A stretch of DNA of 64,000 bases from Neophaeotheca triangularis (lineage: Eukaryota): NCBI GenBank assembly GCA_054600435.1, contig BAAIJX010000032.1, positions 124,001 through 188,000 of the forward strand, read 5' to 3'. Position numbers and translations under genes: made by a program. Below, in pieces: positions 1 through 13,362 of this stretch; within the stretch, counting starts at the first letter, position 1; each line of letters begins with the position of its first letter. The notes under the pieces were generated by a model, which did no database searches, was not told the origin of the DNA, and saw only the letters and a program-made list of their open reading frames with translations.

Positions 1-219
1 AATAACAGATTGATCGTACTGAACGTGGCACACTTTCGCCAGCATAGTTTCTCGAACATTTATCGAAAGTGGTATAGGTCTTTGATGGTCGCGGTCACAT
101 CGCCACTCTAGCGCGTCGGTAACTCGGCGTACCTGAAGCACACCTTGGGCACACCTCCAGCCGCGCGATGAGACTGCGGCATGAAGAGCTCTTCATACCG
201 TTGAAGTCGCTCGTTGAGT

Positions 220-2181
220 CTATCCTTGATTATCCGGTGGCGCCCAGCCGTGTAGATACACGACGATTCTTGGTCTCTCCCCGTCATACCCATCTGGTAG
301 CATCATCAACATGCTCTCGTTCCGTAAGATGCGTCCACCAAAGAGCTCAAGAAATTGTGCACTCCAACCTGTCATCCAATGGGTTCCGGCGAGAGCGCTC
401 GAAGAAGCAGTGATGGCGTGATCAACCAGTTCCATCAGCTCTTGCCCTTTCTCGCCCGCCACGCCTTGCAAACCATGATCCGGGTCGCCGTAGTCGAGCA
501 CCAGCTCTTCGATCCAGCGGCTCAGCACCCCCTTCTGATTGATTTTCGACTTGTAGATGTAGCAGATTGCCAGCACCCAGATATCTTCTTCCCACCCTGC
601 AGCTATGAGCTGCATGGCATCGTCTGTGCCTACGTTGCGGGCGATGCACTCCATGAACTCTTCGTACGTGTCGGGGCCTACTTGCGCCCATGTTGCGAGC
701 AAGTCCTCTAAAGTTACAAGACCTGATGCTTTGGCTAATGTGTCCGATTCAGGTCTCAGGCTACGTGTAAAGGTCTTCAGCCCGTTGATGGCAGTGTGCA
801 GAATCTTGATTTGGCCATCGCGGTATATCTTCGCTTGCTGTTGCCTCTCGTTTTGTGGTTCAAAGGAAGGGTGTGTGGCATTGAGCTTCGCGAGTTTCGG
901 CATCAGCGATTCGACAAGCATACGCGCCAAGAATGGCTGGTAGCGTGGCCGTCCTTCTTTGTCCGGCGAGGTGATGTATCCGACAGGGTTTTCGATGAAT
1001 CTAAACTCGTATCCCCGCTCATGACGAAGGTAGTAGATCAAGAGTTCGAGCAGGGGTCCAGGGAGCTGCTCGAAGATGCTCTCTGCGGTGAAGTCGGCGA
1101 TGATCGGACCGAACACGCGGAATGTTGCTTTGTCGCTCTTCCATTGACATTCTGGGGAGAAATACCCAGGGTGGACTTCCATCAATCGCTCTTGTAAACC
1201 TTCAGGTGGAGGTTTGAGTGTGAGTAAGATCCGGTCGTTTCTATTATCCGGAATGCAAAAGCCGTAACCCAGCAGAAATTCGTCGTTTCCTTTGGCGCCA
1301 TAGTTGTTGTACACTTCGTTGCCCGGTTCAAGCGACTGGTTGGTCGACAAGCTGAAACGACCAGGATCGAAAGACCAGTCGACGTGAGCATTATTTCGGT
1401 GATTGGGCACGTCCAGCACAGGGAAAAGCACCGGAAAGTCAAGGTCATCCGCCGGCACATGGGAAAAGTCCAGAAGTACCGCCTCTCTGCGTCCTGCGTT
1501 GCCAGTCTTGTAGGCTGCCCAGTACTTGCTATCCGGACGCAAAGCTCGAGACGAGAAAGAGCGAGACGTGAACATTGTGACGGCCCAACGAAAAAGATCC
1601 CTGTTCGAGGGTATCAAAATTTATGCACTTACCTGCTTATGTATATTCGAGACTTACCAGGTATAGGGGGCAGTATCGATGCCGGCAGATTGAAGAACAG
1701 ATATCCCAGCCTCGTAGTACTCTCGGTAGATGGCATTACGCTTGACCGCAGTGTGAGAGACATCCGTAGTCTCTAACCACGCAAAGTCTTCGTCAGAGTC
1801 CAAAAACAAAGGGGTCGAGTGACCGTGCTCAGGTCTCGGCAGGCAGTCGAAGTAGGGCTTCCAGAAAGAGGTCTCCTTGTTGACGTACTGAACGGCGAGA
1901 TACCAGAAGCCAATGTTCTCGATCTTCAGCTTGCTGCGGCTGGCTTTGAAGATGGGCCATTTCTCATCGACAAGGGCATTGATATAGGAAAGGGTCAGGC
2001 TGTGTGGTACAGTACAGAGAGGGGTCTTCGGAACGATGTTTGCATGCGCTTCCCAATGCCACCCTGCGGAGGAATCGAAAGCGATGCTGATGTTTTGGTG
2101 GAGGAAGCCTCCATTCTCGTGAAGCCAGGCCTGCAATGCGAGTGAATTATTCTTATGATCTGCTGATGTAGGGCGGGACAT
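220..2181 (-). CDS. SET-domain protein-lysine methyltransferase (Rkm/SETD3-like), 2 exons
   Basis: ORFs 1654-2181 and 220-1617 are joined by a GT-AG intron at 1657..1601, giving PYTW-DLFRWA. Motifs include WLHENGG, FWKPYFDCLP, FTSRSF, LFPVLDVPNH and EVYNNYGAKGNDEFLLGYGF. Confidence 0.85.
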
Positions 2182-3423
2182 GGTGGCAACTTTGGAGCTG
2201 AGATGTTGTTTTGTGTGAAGGAAGATGAAGACTTCCTTTGATGTTCTTCTTTACAATCGAACTTTGTGAGGCGAAGCCGCCATCGGCGAAATGCCGGTCG
2301 CCGACTTTGAATCTGTTGTATGGTTGCGGGTAGCTCCTCAGATCGTCCTGCTACCTAGAAAGATTAGGTACTAGAGGTATTTCGGTAGATTGTTTATGTA
2401 GAACAGAAAGATTTACGATATACGCTCGCAACTACTAGTAATCATGGCTCTGCAAGTCGCAAAGTACTGGCCATGTAATATACCTTATTATTGTGTACTA
2501 TTCCTGGCAAATGGAAAGCCTCAAGTTTGGGGGCTTGTATACCTTCAAAGCCTTCCATTTCCGTGTAGGTAGTGGATACCTTAACAACCGCATGAGCAGG
2601 AAAGTTGGAGCGACATTGATCACGCTGGATGGTCGCGTCTGTCTTGTTTGCCTCGACCATACCTAGGTATAAGTATTATTATTAGGTAGTTGTAGGTACC
2701 ATGTACGAACCCGTCACAGGGATGAAACCTCTCCTGCACGTGACGTTTGCCCCCCGAAAGAAAGCCGACCGACAACAACCCCGGGCCTTACCTAACCTAG
2801 TACCCGACGTTAACTAACTTAACTACTGTACCTGCCCTGCCCGGCCTCCAGCTGTCTCGACACGACGGCCTGCAACAACCTTAACCCAACCCCTCTTGGG
2901 CTTTCCCAGGCCCGCCAACGGACATACTGTAGCACACCCACACCCACACCCACACCAACATCCACAACCACTACTGTACCTCTACCTTCTCTACCACCAA
3001 ACCACTACTTGCTCGCGGGACACGCCACTCCTCTTCCTCTCTCATGCTTGGCGCGCCCGCCTTGCCATATTCGAGCAGGTTACTCGCCAGCATCTTGACA
3101 CTGTCCTTGCTGCTGTAGTCGGCCGCTTGCTCCATGCTTGCAGTCCAGTGCATTGCCGTCCTCACCTAACCATACGCTACTCGACCCTCCGTCCAGCTTC
3201 TGGAATCGTGCAATGTTCACGGCACCTCGACGCTTCGATAACACTCTACTCGCTGTCAACCACTCCGCTTCACTTGCTCTGGCAACAACGACTACTCGCC
3301 AAACATAAAGAGAGGGTGCCACCATCTTCACCCACGCGTGATCCCGACCCGAACAAACAGTCTTTTGTGCTACCCACGCGTCTACCTCCATAGGGCCGGG
3401 AGACAATACTCGTCCCCAAAGCT

Positions 3424-6400
3424 ATGGAGCCGTCGAAGATAGGCCTGGGACTCCACACCAACTCGAACACCTTCTTTCCTCAGGACCACATACTCTCTAC
3501 TGCTCCCGCATCACCCACAGGCGGTATGCCGCCCAAGACGCATACTACCCGGCAGACCCAGCAGGAAGGCATGCCTACCTCAAGCATGGCCCGAACCGCA
3601 CCAGAAGAGCATTCTACCCTTGCTCAGCTGTCCTTTGGTCCGGCCACTCAGCAGACTGTTGTCACCACTACTACCACCACGACCGTTTCGCTTCCGCCGC
3701 TTATCATGAACCCTCCCAAAAATCTGACCGAGAGGGATCCAAAACATTATCCACTTGCTTACTCGCCTACTCCGCAATCGCTCAAGCGTTTCGCTTTTGA
3801 TGTCAACGGCAAGCCTACCACTTTCCACGAGTCCGAGGATCCACAAGAGACTGCTCGCAGGTTTCAGGAGATGCAAGCAAAGATTCAACGACACAATGGC
3901 CGGATGCAGAAAGAGATGAAGCAGGGCAACTTCTATGGCGGTACGGAGAGCCGCCAGCCGCTTGAGCAGCAAGGCATGCAAAAGCAGAATAGCCGAGACG
4001 CATCTGCTGGGAACAAGCGAACTGCTACACCAGTGTCTCTCGCTGATGCCGCCGAGATTGCGAGTATGCAAAGAAAGTCAAAGAAGCCTCGCGCGCAGCT
4101 GGAAAGGACGCGTTCTCGCGACACGGATGTCCAGCCTCTCATGAGCTTTTCCGAACCCGAACGTAATGTTCCACGCCGTTTGACGAGCCTTACAATGTCG
4201 CCCGTTACTCCAGATACCGATGCTGGCGCAGCACAGTCGCAAGCCGGCAGGCAAGATGCAAAAACTAAGATTGGAAAGCTGCGTTCGAGGGTGAAAGAGC
4301 TCAAGTCGCAGGGCTCTCGGGTTGAGCTAGACGACACAGATATGGCAGATGGTGATTCTAATGGCGAAGAAGCGCAGCAAGCACGCAGTGAGGTGAGGAC
4401 AACCAAACGAAGCTTGGATGAGGGTGCCATGGCAGGCATGAGTGGTTCCGCAGCTACGCCTCCGGTGGCAGAGACGGACATGGAGCCCATCGAAGCAGAT
4501 GCGACTCTTGGAGCTACGTCGAATCCATTCCAGAGACCCAGCCTTCCCTCGCTACTCACAAGTTCCCAACAAGATGCAAGTCTCCCGAGCCCTAGCCTTT
4601 CACCCATCACCGCCGCTGCCAACGCCGCCTCCCGAGCCAACACGTTCGACGTGTCATTCGGCCGACACATTGCCGAAGATGATAGTACTGTATCTGGACT
4701 GGACCTTGACGAAGATGGTGGTAAAACTCAGAGCGCTTCTTCGTTCGACTCACTGGACTGGTCGAAGAAACCGCAAGTACCTCCTTTCAACTTTGCCCAG
4801 GGACCGCCACAGCCTCAGTCGAATCAGGGGCCGACAGTCATGGACATACCTACAATGGTTGATGCCTTCGACGCCATGCCTGAAGCGCTTCAAAGCTATG
4901 TCATGTATCAATTCCTACGCCGATGCGCAAAGCCCACACTTCAGATGGTTGCTGGCGTGGTCAATCCTGCCTTGAAATGCGATCCCTTCAACGTCCTGCC
5001 AGCTGAGCTTGGCCTCAACATCACCCGCTACCTTGACGCTCAAAGCATGTGTCGGGCTGCACAGGTGTCGAAGAGGTGGCGCCATCTCATCAACACTGAC
5101 GAGCGTGCATGGAAAGATCTCCTCGACCGTGACAACTTCACCCTTCCGCATGGAGAGATTGCCAAGGCGGTGAGGGAAGGATGGGGCTGGCAGCACCCCG
5201 GCGAAGATGGCCATGAGCAGGATCTGAGTAGGGCAGGATTGCGACAGACGCCAGAACCGACGATTCCAAAGAGTCCGTCTGGGATGCCGCTTGCTAGCGA
5301 CGAAGACGATACCTCTTCTACTACGGTGACCACACGAGCCAAACGCAAGAGTCATATCCGACTGAACAACCATAAGAAGCTAAAACGCAAGTCCTTGCAG
5401 ATGGGTGCCTCGAACGTCAAACCTTCAAAAGCAGAATGGAAACAACTGCTACAGAAGGCGCAGGGTCCAAACGGATACGCCACAATTGCGTCACAGGCTG
5501 TCCCACATCCTTCTATCGGTCTGAAGAGCTTGAAGAACATGCACCTGTTCAAGGCGCTCTATCAGCGTCATTATCTCATTCGAAAGGCCTGGATGCAGGA
5601 GGAAAGCAAACCGCAACACCTGGCATTTAGGGCGCATCACAGGCATGTGGTGACTTGTCTGCTCTTCGACAGCGACAAGATCCTCACCGGCAGTGATGAC
5701 ACCAAGATCAATGTCTACGACACCAAGACTGGTGCACTGAGGAAAAAGCTCGAGGGTCATGAAGGCGGTGTTTGGGCTCTGCAATATGATGGCGATACGC
5801 TCGTGTCTGGCTCTACCGACCGCAGCGTGAGAATATGGGATATCAAGACTGGCCGATGCAATCAAGTCTTTCAAGGCCATACGTCTACAGTCCGTTGCCT
5901 TGTCATTCTCAACCCTGTTCAGATCGGCACGGCGCCGGATGGTACCCCAGTGATGATGCCGAAAGAGCCTCTAATCATCACCGGCTCCCGTGATTCGACC
6001 CTTCGCGTCTGGAGGCTTCCTCAGAAAGGTGAAACTCAAGTACACCAAGCTGGACCGCCCGCCAATGACTCTGACAACCCGTATTTCTTGCGGACTCTCA
6101 CTGGCCATCACAACTCCGTCCGTGCCATCGCCGCCCATGGCGACACCCTCATCTCCGGATCCTACGACTGCACCGTGCGTGTCTGGGAGATCAGCACCGG
6201 TAATCTTCTTCATCGTCTGCAAGGCCACACACAAAAGGTCTATTCTGTCGTCCTGGACACCGGCCGCAATCGTTGCATCTCAGGGTCCATGGACAATCTA
6301 GTCAAGGTCTGGGATTTGAGTAATGGCTCCTGTCTTTTCAATCTCGAAGGCCACACTTCGCTCGTGGGGCTTCTCGATCTTTCGCATGACCGGCTGGTAA

Positions 6401-6822
6401 GCGCTGCGGCGGATAGCACCCTCCGTATCTGGGACCCAGAGCAGGGCTCGTGCAAGGCTACTCTGTCCGCGCACACCGGCGCCATCACCTGCTTTCAGCA
6501 TGACGGACAAAAGGTCATCTCCGGCTCCGACCGCACCTTGAAGATGTGGAATGTGAAGAATGGGGAATGCGTGCGCGACCTCTTGACCGACCTTAGTGGG
6601 GTCTGGCAAGTGCGCTTCGACGAGCGCAGGTGCGTGGCTGCTGTGCAGAGGGACAATTTGACGTACATCGAGGTTTTGGACTTTGGGGCGCAGAGGGACG
6701 GAGTCGGGTTTGAAGAGAGGGGTCAGAGGGTCGTCGTGGATTCTCACGGGAATCGCATTTCAGAGCCGGATGCGCCAACGGTCCAAGCGGAAGCTGGTGC
6801 AGAGGCTGAGGCGGCGGGATGA
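3424..6822 (+). CDS. cdc4: F-box/WD40 protein Cdc4 (SCF substrate receptor)
   Basis: 1132-aa ORF with an F-box (LPAELGLNITRYLD...AQVSKRW) followed by about 8 WD40 repeats (VVTCLLFDSDKILTGSDD, GHEGGVWAL, GHTSTVRCL). The start could be a downstream ATG. Confidence 0.92.
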   Translation: MEPSKIGLGLHTNSNTFFPQDHILSTAPASPTGGMPPKTHTTRQTQQEGMPTSSMARTAPEEHSTLAQLSFGPATQQTVVTTTTTTTVSLPPLIMNPPKNLTERDPKHYPLAYSPTPQSLKRFAFDVNGKPTTFHESEDPQETARRFQEMQAKIQRHNGRMQKEMKQGNFYGGTESRQPLEQQGMQKQNSRDASAGNKRTATPVSLADAAEIASMQRKSKKPRAQLERTRSRDTDVQPLMSFSEPERNVPRRLTSLTMSPVTPDTDAGAAQSQAGRQDAKTKIGKLRSRVKELKSQGSRVELDDTDMADGDSNGEEAQQARSEVRTTKRSLDEGAMAGMSGSAATPPVAETDMEPIEADATLGATSNPFQRPSLPSLLTSSQQDASLPSPSLSPITAAANAASRANTFDVSFGRHIAEDDSTVSGLDLDEDGGKTQSASSFDSLDWSKKPQVPPFNFAQGPPQPQSNQGPTVMDIPTMVDAFDAMPEALQSYVMYQFLRRCAKPTLQMVAGVVNPALKCDPFNVLPAELGLNITRYLDAQSMCRAAQVSKRWRHLINTDERAWKDLLDRDNFTLPHGEIAKAVREGWGWQHPGEDGHEQDLSRAGLRQTPEPTIPKSPSGMPLASDEDDTSSTTVTTRAKRKSHIRLNNHKKLKRKSLQMGASNVKPSKAEWKQLLQKAQGPNGYATIASQAVPHPSIGLKSLKNMHLFKALYQRHYLIRKAWMQEESKPQHLAFRAHHRHVVTCLLFDSDKILTGSDDTKINVYDTKTGALRKKLEGHEGGVWALQYDGDTLVSGSTDRSVRIWDIKTGRCNQVFQGHTSTVRCLVILNPVQIGTAPDGTPVMMPKEPLIITGSRDSTLRVWRLPQKGETQVHQAGPPANDSDNPYFLRTLTGHHNSVRAIAAHGDTLISGSYDCTVRVWEISTGNLLHRLQGHTQKVYSVVLDTGRNRCISGSMDNLVKVWDLSNGSCLFNLEGHTSLVGLLDLSHDRLVSAAADSTLRIWDPEQGSCKATLSAHTGAITCFQHDGQKVISGSDRTLKMWNVKNGECVRDLLTDLSGVWQVRFDERRCVAAVQRDNLTYIEVLDFGAQRDGVGFEERGQRVVVDSHGNRISEPDAPTVQAEAGAEAEAAG

Positions 6823-7439
6823 AATTTGGACTCGCACTCTACGCATCCAGCTTTCGACGAGACAGCGACACGGGCGAGATGTTGCTGAGATGATTTCTCG
6901 CCCGAACCGCCACTACTCGATCAACCCACCCCAACCGAACAGCATCCAGCACAGCATGATTTTGTTTTCTTTTTCTTTTTCGTTAGCGATAGCATCCACC
7001 CGGACAACCACAAGGGCCGCGCGTGTTTCATGCGAAGAGCCAACGGCGCAAAAGGGGTCATACTACTATGATAGCGTTCAGCATGCTTTGGAGAAGGTTG
7101 CAAGGCGTTATACAAAGTATTAACGGAGGGAATCGGAAGGTAGCGTAACGACGACAATGAGCGGCATACATAGCATGCTCAAGATATAAGCTTTGCATTT
7201 TCACTACTCTTCTTCCGCGACTGTTCGTCCAAACAGTGTGGTGTGGCTATCTGACTTTTTTCAACTGGCGTGCTCTTGTCGAGTGCCGTTGTTCATATAG
7301 GCCATCTTTTGAATGTTGCTTTCCGAGCCTTGCCGAGGTCCCGACCTCACCTCTAGACTTTACCTGTAAACGCAACGATTAGTGCGTCCTACGTTAGCAA
7401 GTATTTCTTCGCATAAGCAAAGCAAGATCTAACCTAGCT

Positions 7440-8430
7440 ATGAGCCATGTAAGCACTGCCATCCCAAAGATGTGAGAGTCTACTAATATCTTTCCCCTCA
7501 GGATACAGAGATCAACACGCCACCGATAGTATCACTGCTAGCCGGGGGCATAGCAGGCGCGGTAGAAGCGACCGCAACCGTAAGAAGCACTCGGCGCCAA
7601 CAAAAGTCAACTCTAACAACACCCATCCATGCCCTCAGTACCCCTTTGAATTCGCCAAAACCCGCGTCCAACTGCGGGAGAAGAAAGGCCAACCGACCCC
7701 GCGCAACCCCTTCCGCGTCGTCTACGGCGTCTACACCCACGAAGGCCTGCGCGCCCTCTACAAAGGCTGCACGGCTCTAGTCGTCGGCAGCGTGGGCAAA
7801 GACGGCATCCGCTTCCTCTCCTTCGACACGATCAAAAACTCCTTCAAAGACCCCGAAACCGGCACTTTATCCCCAGGCCGGAACATGCTCGCCGGCAGCG
7901 CCAGCGGCGTCGTCGCCTCCCTCACCGCCGTCACCCCGACGGAGCGCGTCAAAACGGCCCTCATCGACGACGCGCGCACAGAGAAGCGCTTCCGCTCCAC
8001 CGCCCACGCCGTCCGCGCCATTCTGGCCCAAGACGGCTTGGCCGGCCTCTACCGCGGGCTCGCGGGCACGACGCTCAAGCAAGCCGGCGCGACCGCTTTC
8101 CGCATGGGCTCGTACAACATCCTCAAGGACTACGAGCGGCGCCGCGCCATCCCGCAGACCACGCTGATGAATTTCGTCAACGGCAGTCTCGCCGGCGTCG
8201 TGACCACGCTGGCCACGCAGCCGTTCGATACCGTCAAGACGCGCTGTCAGAGTGCCAAGGGTGCCAGCACGGTTGAGGCTTTTAAGAGTCTGGTGCTGGA
8301 TTATGGGGTTAGGGGCTTTTGGAGGGGGACGACTATGAGGTTGGGCCGGACGGTCTTTAGTGGCGGGATTCTTTTTACGACTTATGAGTGGGCGGCTGCG
8401 ATTCTGAATCCGTTGTTTGGGGTTCGATGA
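7440..8430 (+). CDS. Mitochondrial carrier, tricarboxylate/citrate transporter-like, 3 exons
   Basis: ATG AGC CAT|GTAAGC intron, exon with SLLAGGIAGAVEATAT, second intron, then YPFEFAKTRVQL. The Px[DE]xx[KR] carrier motif occurs three times (PFEFAK, PTERVK, PFDTVK). Confidence 0.85.
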
Positions 8431-8838
8431 GGGGGGTTCGATGAGGGGGGTGGTGGGTTTTCTTTTTGTTCAGAGGGATTGATAGATGCGCTTGGGTTGG
8501 GTGGGTTGTGTGTGCTATATTGTTGGCGACGTTTCCCTGGTGAATTGTTTCTGGTCACGAACTTGAGTGTAGGCTGTGTCATTGCGGTGGAAGGTTTGGT
8601 GTGGCTGATGGTGCTAGGTGCGAGAAGGTCGTTCATTGCAATAACTGCCGGGGAAGGCTGGCGGTCAGGGCTCAAGTTACGATAAGACGGGCTTGCTGAA
8701 CCCTCATAGATTCTCGGTTCATCAACAAATACTGCTACACGCAATATCTGGTCGGTACTCCGGAATGCTGCAGTCCCTGACCATCGCAGCAACGCTATGC
8801 AAGTCAACACGCTCGCAACCCATGCAGCTCTAGAAACC

Positions 8839-10465
8839 TCAATCATCATCCTTCTTTCTATCACCATCATCCTCATCCCTCTTATCCTTCTTCTTCCTCT
8901 CTTTCCTCAAAGCTTCCGTGACTTTCTTATCCCCAGCATCCATCGACTCATCCCACTCGACATCATACTCATCAGCAACCATCTTGATTTCACGCCGAAG
9001 CCTGTTGCCTTCGTCCATCAAGTGCTCCCAATTCTGCACGTTGAAACCCTTTTGCTCGTACAGCTTGGCCTGCTGCCTGGAGACGGTGAAGTTCATAGCG
9101 CTGCGATAGCTGACTTCGCGGTTGTGGTAGAGGAACCTGAGCTTGGCATTAGCGCGTTACCAAACACCATCTGCGGTCCATCGTCTTGGGCACTTACCAG
9201 AGGTAACCGCCAATGGCAACGGACAAGCCCACGAGATACGTGACGGGTTCCATGACGTCCCAACCAAGCTCCGTCTGGAATGTGAGATAATAGACCAAAC
9301 CCCACCAGGACATGAGACCGGCAAATCCTCCCTGAGCGACGCGCTTGGCACCTCGCTGGGCAATCTCGTCACATTCCTTCTTTAAAGCAGCAAGGTCGGA
9401 GATGCGCCCCGCCGTCTTGCGGAGTCGCATGCGCAGGTAGTATGTTCTGTCCGAGAAACTGGGCACGCCGACATAGATTGGAGGGCCGCCTTCTACCACT
9501 ACTGCAAACTCCTTGCCGCGAGCGGCATCACGAATGAAATCGCCAATCTCGGTTGAAGGAGACCAGCGAACGAAATTGGGGTGCTCTGGATCTTCGTCCT
9601 GGGGTGGTTTATCGGCAGAAGCTCTCGAAGTGGCATGTCCGTGAGCCGGCAGCTTAGCATCCTTCTCTCGCGCTGCTGTCGGGCTGATTTTGCCAGTCTT
9701 GAAGGACTTGTCGCCAATGCGCGTTTCGTCTCCGCCTTCGATGTTGAGGTTCTCCTGCTCCACGAGCTCATCTTTTTCATCCTCCTGTTCTTTGGTCTCC
9801 TCTACAGCACTCTTGCCACTGCCTAGGTCTTCTTCCATGCTGTCCTGCGCTCTGAACGTGATGGCGGGGCTTCTTTCTCTGCCACTGCTAGGGTCCTCGA
9901 CCATGGGTAGCTCGCTTTGCAACAGTCGCTCCAGATAGCTGAGTGGCTGCTGTGGATGCACCAGTAACGCCAAAGGCTCCACATCCTTGCGGTCCTTGTT
10001 CACGTCCCTGGTGGTGAGGGGCAAGATGAGTTTAAGCATGCGACTCGGGGTAGTCAACAGCTTGCCCTTGGTCATGGCACCAGCGCTACGTGCTCGTGCG
10101 ACTGGAGGCTTGTCGGAGCCTTCTCTCATCCATGGCGCGCGTATCTGCTTCTCTTTGCTCTCCTCCTCTACGCGGGTGAAGTGGTCTTTCTCCACGTCTT
10201 CGACCTTCTGCGACACTTCTGCGGCGGGCAGGGCGTCGGCGTGAGGTCCTCGCTTAGGTTTCTCGCCTGGGCTGCCATGGCCCTCGATTGGTCTGACGAG
10301 GAAATGTGGTGAAGCGGACAGACGGCGATGCTGTTGCTGTTTGAATCGCTTGGGGGTATTGTTCGACGAAGCTACGCGGTTGCCAGTAGTCGTCGTCGCC
10401 AGACCTGGCCGTGCTCGACATGTTGGGGTTGCGCGCACCAAGACGCGACAAAGCAGAGTCTCCAT
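8839..10465 (-). CDS. mcu: Mitochondrial calcium uniporter (fungal MCU), 2 exons
   Basis: Basic presequence-like N-terminus and two TM helices flanking the WDVMEPVTY selectivity filter. Intron 9197..9137 joins to FLYHNREVSYRSAMNFTVSRQQAKLY. Confidence 0.9.
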
Positions 10466-10912
10466 CCTTCCTTCACCTCGAATCATCAATTTTCGTTGTT
10501 GCTATCGCGGCGCAAGCATTGTTGCGGTGTTGATCTAAACACGTCCGAGTTAATTGCAGGCTGAGGTACCTACTCAAGCTCCCGTCCCGACCACGTTCCT
10601 GGCACACACATGCGGGCATCGTCACTCGGGCGTCAGCGGCCACGGCTCGAACACCGGGGCTGTGCACGTGCACGTGCCTTCCAGCAATCATGGAGCTTTA
10701 CCGGTGAACCTGTTTGGGCAAATGCAGCCGTCGACTAGTGTCTTGTTCTTTCAACAAATCACCGTTTACAGATTGGTCGACACCATACTCGATGTTCCAT
10801 ACTCGATGTTCTCGTCACGTACCTAGGTAGTCTTCGGATCGTAGACCAGCGCTGGCTCGCGCACAGTTTATGATTCGAGGGCTCTTGAATGACATTTTGC
10901 CGGCAAGCCCAA

Positions 10913-11768
10913 CTACTCCCATGGCGCGCTAATCGTCTCGCTGCCCTTCAAAGCTCCCGCGTTAAGCATCTCCTCCATAGTTCTGCGCTTATGTTCACGC
11001 TTCTCGTGATGCCTGGCTTCTCTGGCCGCAGCTTTGGCATCGCGCGACTTGTGCTTCTTTTGTCTGGCTTTCTGCCTCGCCTCCTCTTCTCTCAGCTCTT
11101 GATCAACCTTCTCGCGCTCTTCCCGAGTCAAAACCCAAGGCTTCGACAAAACATCACGCTTCCAACGAGCAGTACCCTCCCATGCCTGAATTTCTTCAGC
11201 CGTAGATCGCAGCTCAATCATCCTTTTGGCCAACAACTGTCGCTGTCCTCGATAGCTTATGGGGGATCCCCTGACTTTGACTATGCTGCCAATGTCAATG
11301 GGTCGTTTGTCAACCAGGAAGTGTGGAATCCCAAGCAGCACGTTTACGTCCACGTTGTCGATCTCAGTGTTCGAAGGGTATTCGGCCACGTCGTCGTCTT
11401 TGGTCTTGCGCTTTTCAATCTTGACCTCGATGCAAGCCCCGCTGCCATCGTCGAGGGTCAAGATGTGAATCTTGCCCTCCCAGACGGTGATTAGATCAAC
11501 CACCATGCCTACGAGGCGAATGAGTTGGATGGGGTGGTTGAGGTGGAAGAGTATGTTTTGGCCTGAACAGCTCAGGTCAGCTATTATTGGGAAGCTTTCG
11601 TTCGTAAGTGAGAGCATTCCTACCTTCGAAGCCATGCTCTTCCCTCAAAGAATGCACATCTGCGGCTGTGAGGTTGTTCCAAGCCCACCATGTTGGGGAG
11701 GCTTTGGCAGTGAAGTACCGCCTCGGGTAAATCTCATACCTCTGCCTTGACTGTTCACGGCCGTTCAT
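10913..11768 (-). CDS. stn1: Stn1-like OB-fold telomere-capping (CST) protein, 2 exons
   Basis: YPRRYF..SPTWWAW exon plus intron 11623..11563 gives G-QNILFHLNHPIQLIRLVGMVV and LTLDDGSGACIEV. This is a typical fungal Stn1 OB fold. Confidence 0.75.
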
Positions 11769-12581
11769 GGCATAGTCGTTCCTCGACCCAGCGCCTGAGC
11801 GATGGAGGATGCTAGGTAGGCTTTGAGGGGCAAGGGTCGCCAGTTGTACCCGACTAGACGCAAGCAGCTTCGACGTTTTCGAGTTTACGGCCCCGCGTCG
11901 CGGTCGTGACGCCGAGACACGTGAGCGGGACCACCTCATGGACGAGTTGATGCACGCACTGCCGAGGCCCACTTGGCGGCAACCGGAGTGCGGGACAGCC
12001 GTGGACAGCCCAATGAAACAAGTATGTAGCACGTGAATGGAAGGTTCCAGGTTTGCCCTGGACTCTAGAGCTTGACCGTCTTCCTTCAACAAGACAAGAC
12101 TTGAAAGATTATAGAACGCCTTACAGCAAAGGCTTGGTACATGGGCCGTACCACTACCACATCATCGAGTTTCCGCGCCAACGGGGGGCCCTGCCAATGC
12201 TCGAGGTAGCCTTAACTATTTATCCCCGGGGAACTTGTATTCTTCCCCCAAATCATAATGAAATCGAGGAGGCTGGTGTTGGCTGGTGTTGCCGCCATCT
12301 CCTACTAGCTAAGGTATCCAATCCCTTCTTCCTCCAGGTTTCTAGCTAATGCATCCTCGAGTCCATCTTTATCCCTCACCTCTTCTCCCTCTCTCATCAT
12401 CTTCGACTTACTTCTTGAAGTTTGCCGTCGACCCTGTCGTACAATTGTTTGCTTCTCGAAATCCTCCAAACTCGGGCTCCAATCCACTTCTCGACGTCGC
12501 CCACAGCAACATCCCACTCTGCGCCTCCCAGCCACCGCTGTCAGATATTCGCAAAAAGCTGCTCTACTGACAACCGAACAA

Positions 12582-13362
12582 ATGCGACCGACGGCCGGGC
12601 TGCTCTGGCTCGTGCTGCCGGCTCTCAGTACAGCACTAGCCAATCCATACCCAGAAGCAAAGCCAGCAGCGAGACCAGGCGATGACGGCACCTACTACCC
12701 CTTCTCCGGCGCCGTCTATGTCGAAAACAAGAACGAAGATCTCTCTGCAGCCCAAGGAAAAGTGTGTCCGGCTCACAACCCGATAAGCTGCGATTCGATC
12801 GGCGCATCAGACTAGTACGTACATCCTTGCCAGGGACATCTTCATCTTCATCCTCTTCTCTCTCTCTCTAACACCATACACCAGCTGCTGTCCCTCCGAC
12901 AACGAATGCGCCTGGTCCGACAACAAAGAAGTAGGCTGCTGTCCCCACGGCCACAAATGCTCCGGTTCAGTCAGCGGCGCCGGCAGCTACCAGCCCACCA
13001 GCCACTATGAACAACCCAAGCAAACAACAGTTTATCAGGAGCCGCCTGCGAAGACGGTGTATGCGCAGGGAGGTCATCACGATGACGGCAAGTACGACGA
13101 CGGACATTACGATGATGGGCACAACAAGGACGACTACCGCCATACTCCGGACAAGGACTACGACGACGGGAACTATTGTTCCACTCTAGTAGGAACGGGC
13201 CCGGGATTACCCAGAACGGCGGCAGCAGACTGTGGGACGATCTTGATCGTAGAACCGGCAGAGGCTGCACGGATAGCTCTTGGGTGGGTGAGGTTGGGGG
13301 TAATGGTGGTGGGTTTGCAGGCGCTTGGAGGTTTACTGCTCGGCGCGCATGCTTTGCGATGA
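12582..13362 (+). CDS. Small secreted Cys-rich protein with hydrophobic C-terminus (possible GPI anchor), 2 exons
   Basis: Signal peptide MRPTAGLLWLVLPALSTALA. Intron 12815..12884 (GTACGT..CTAAC..CAG) gives YCCPSDNECAW..GCCPHGHKC, which is in frame with the 13057-13362 ORF. Confidence 0.75.
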
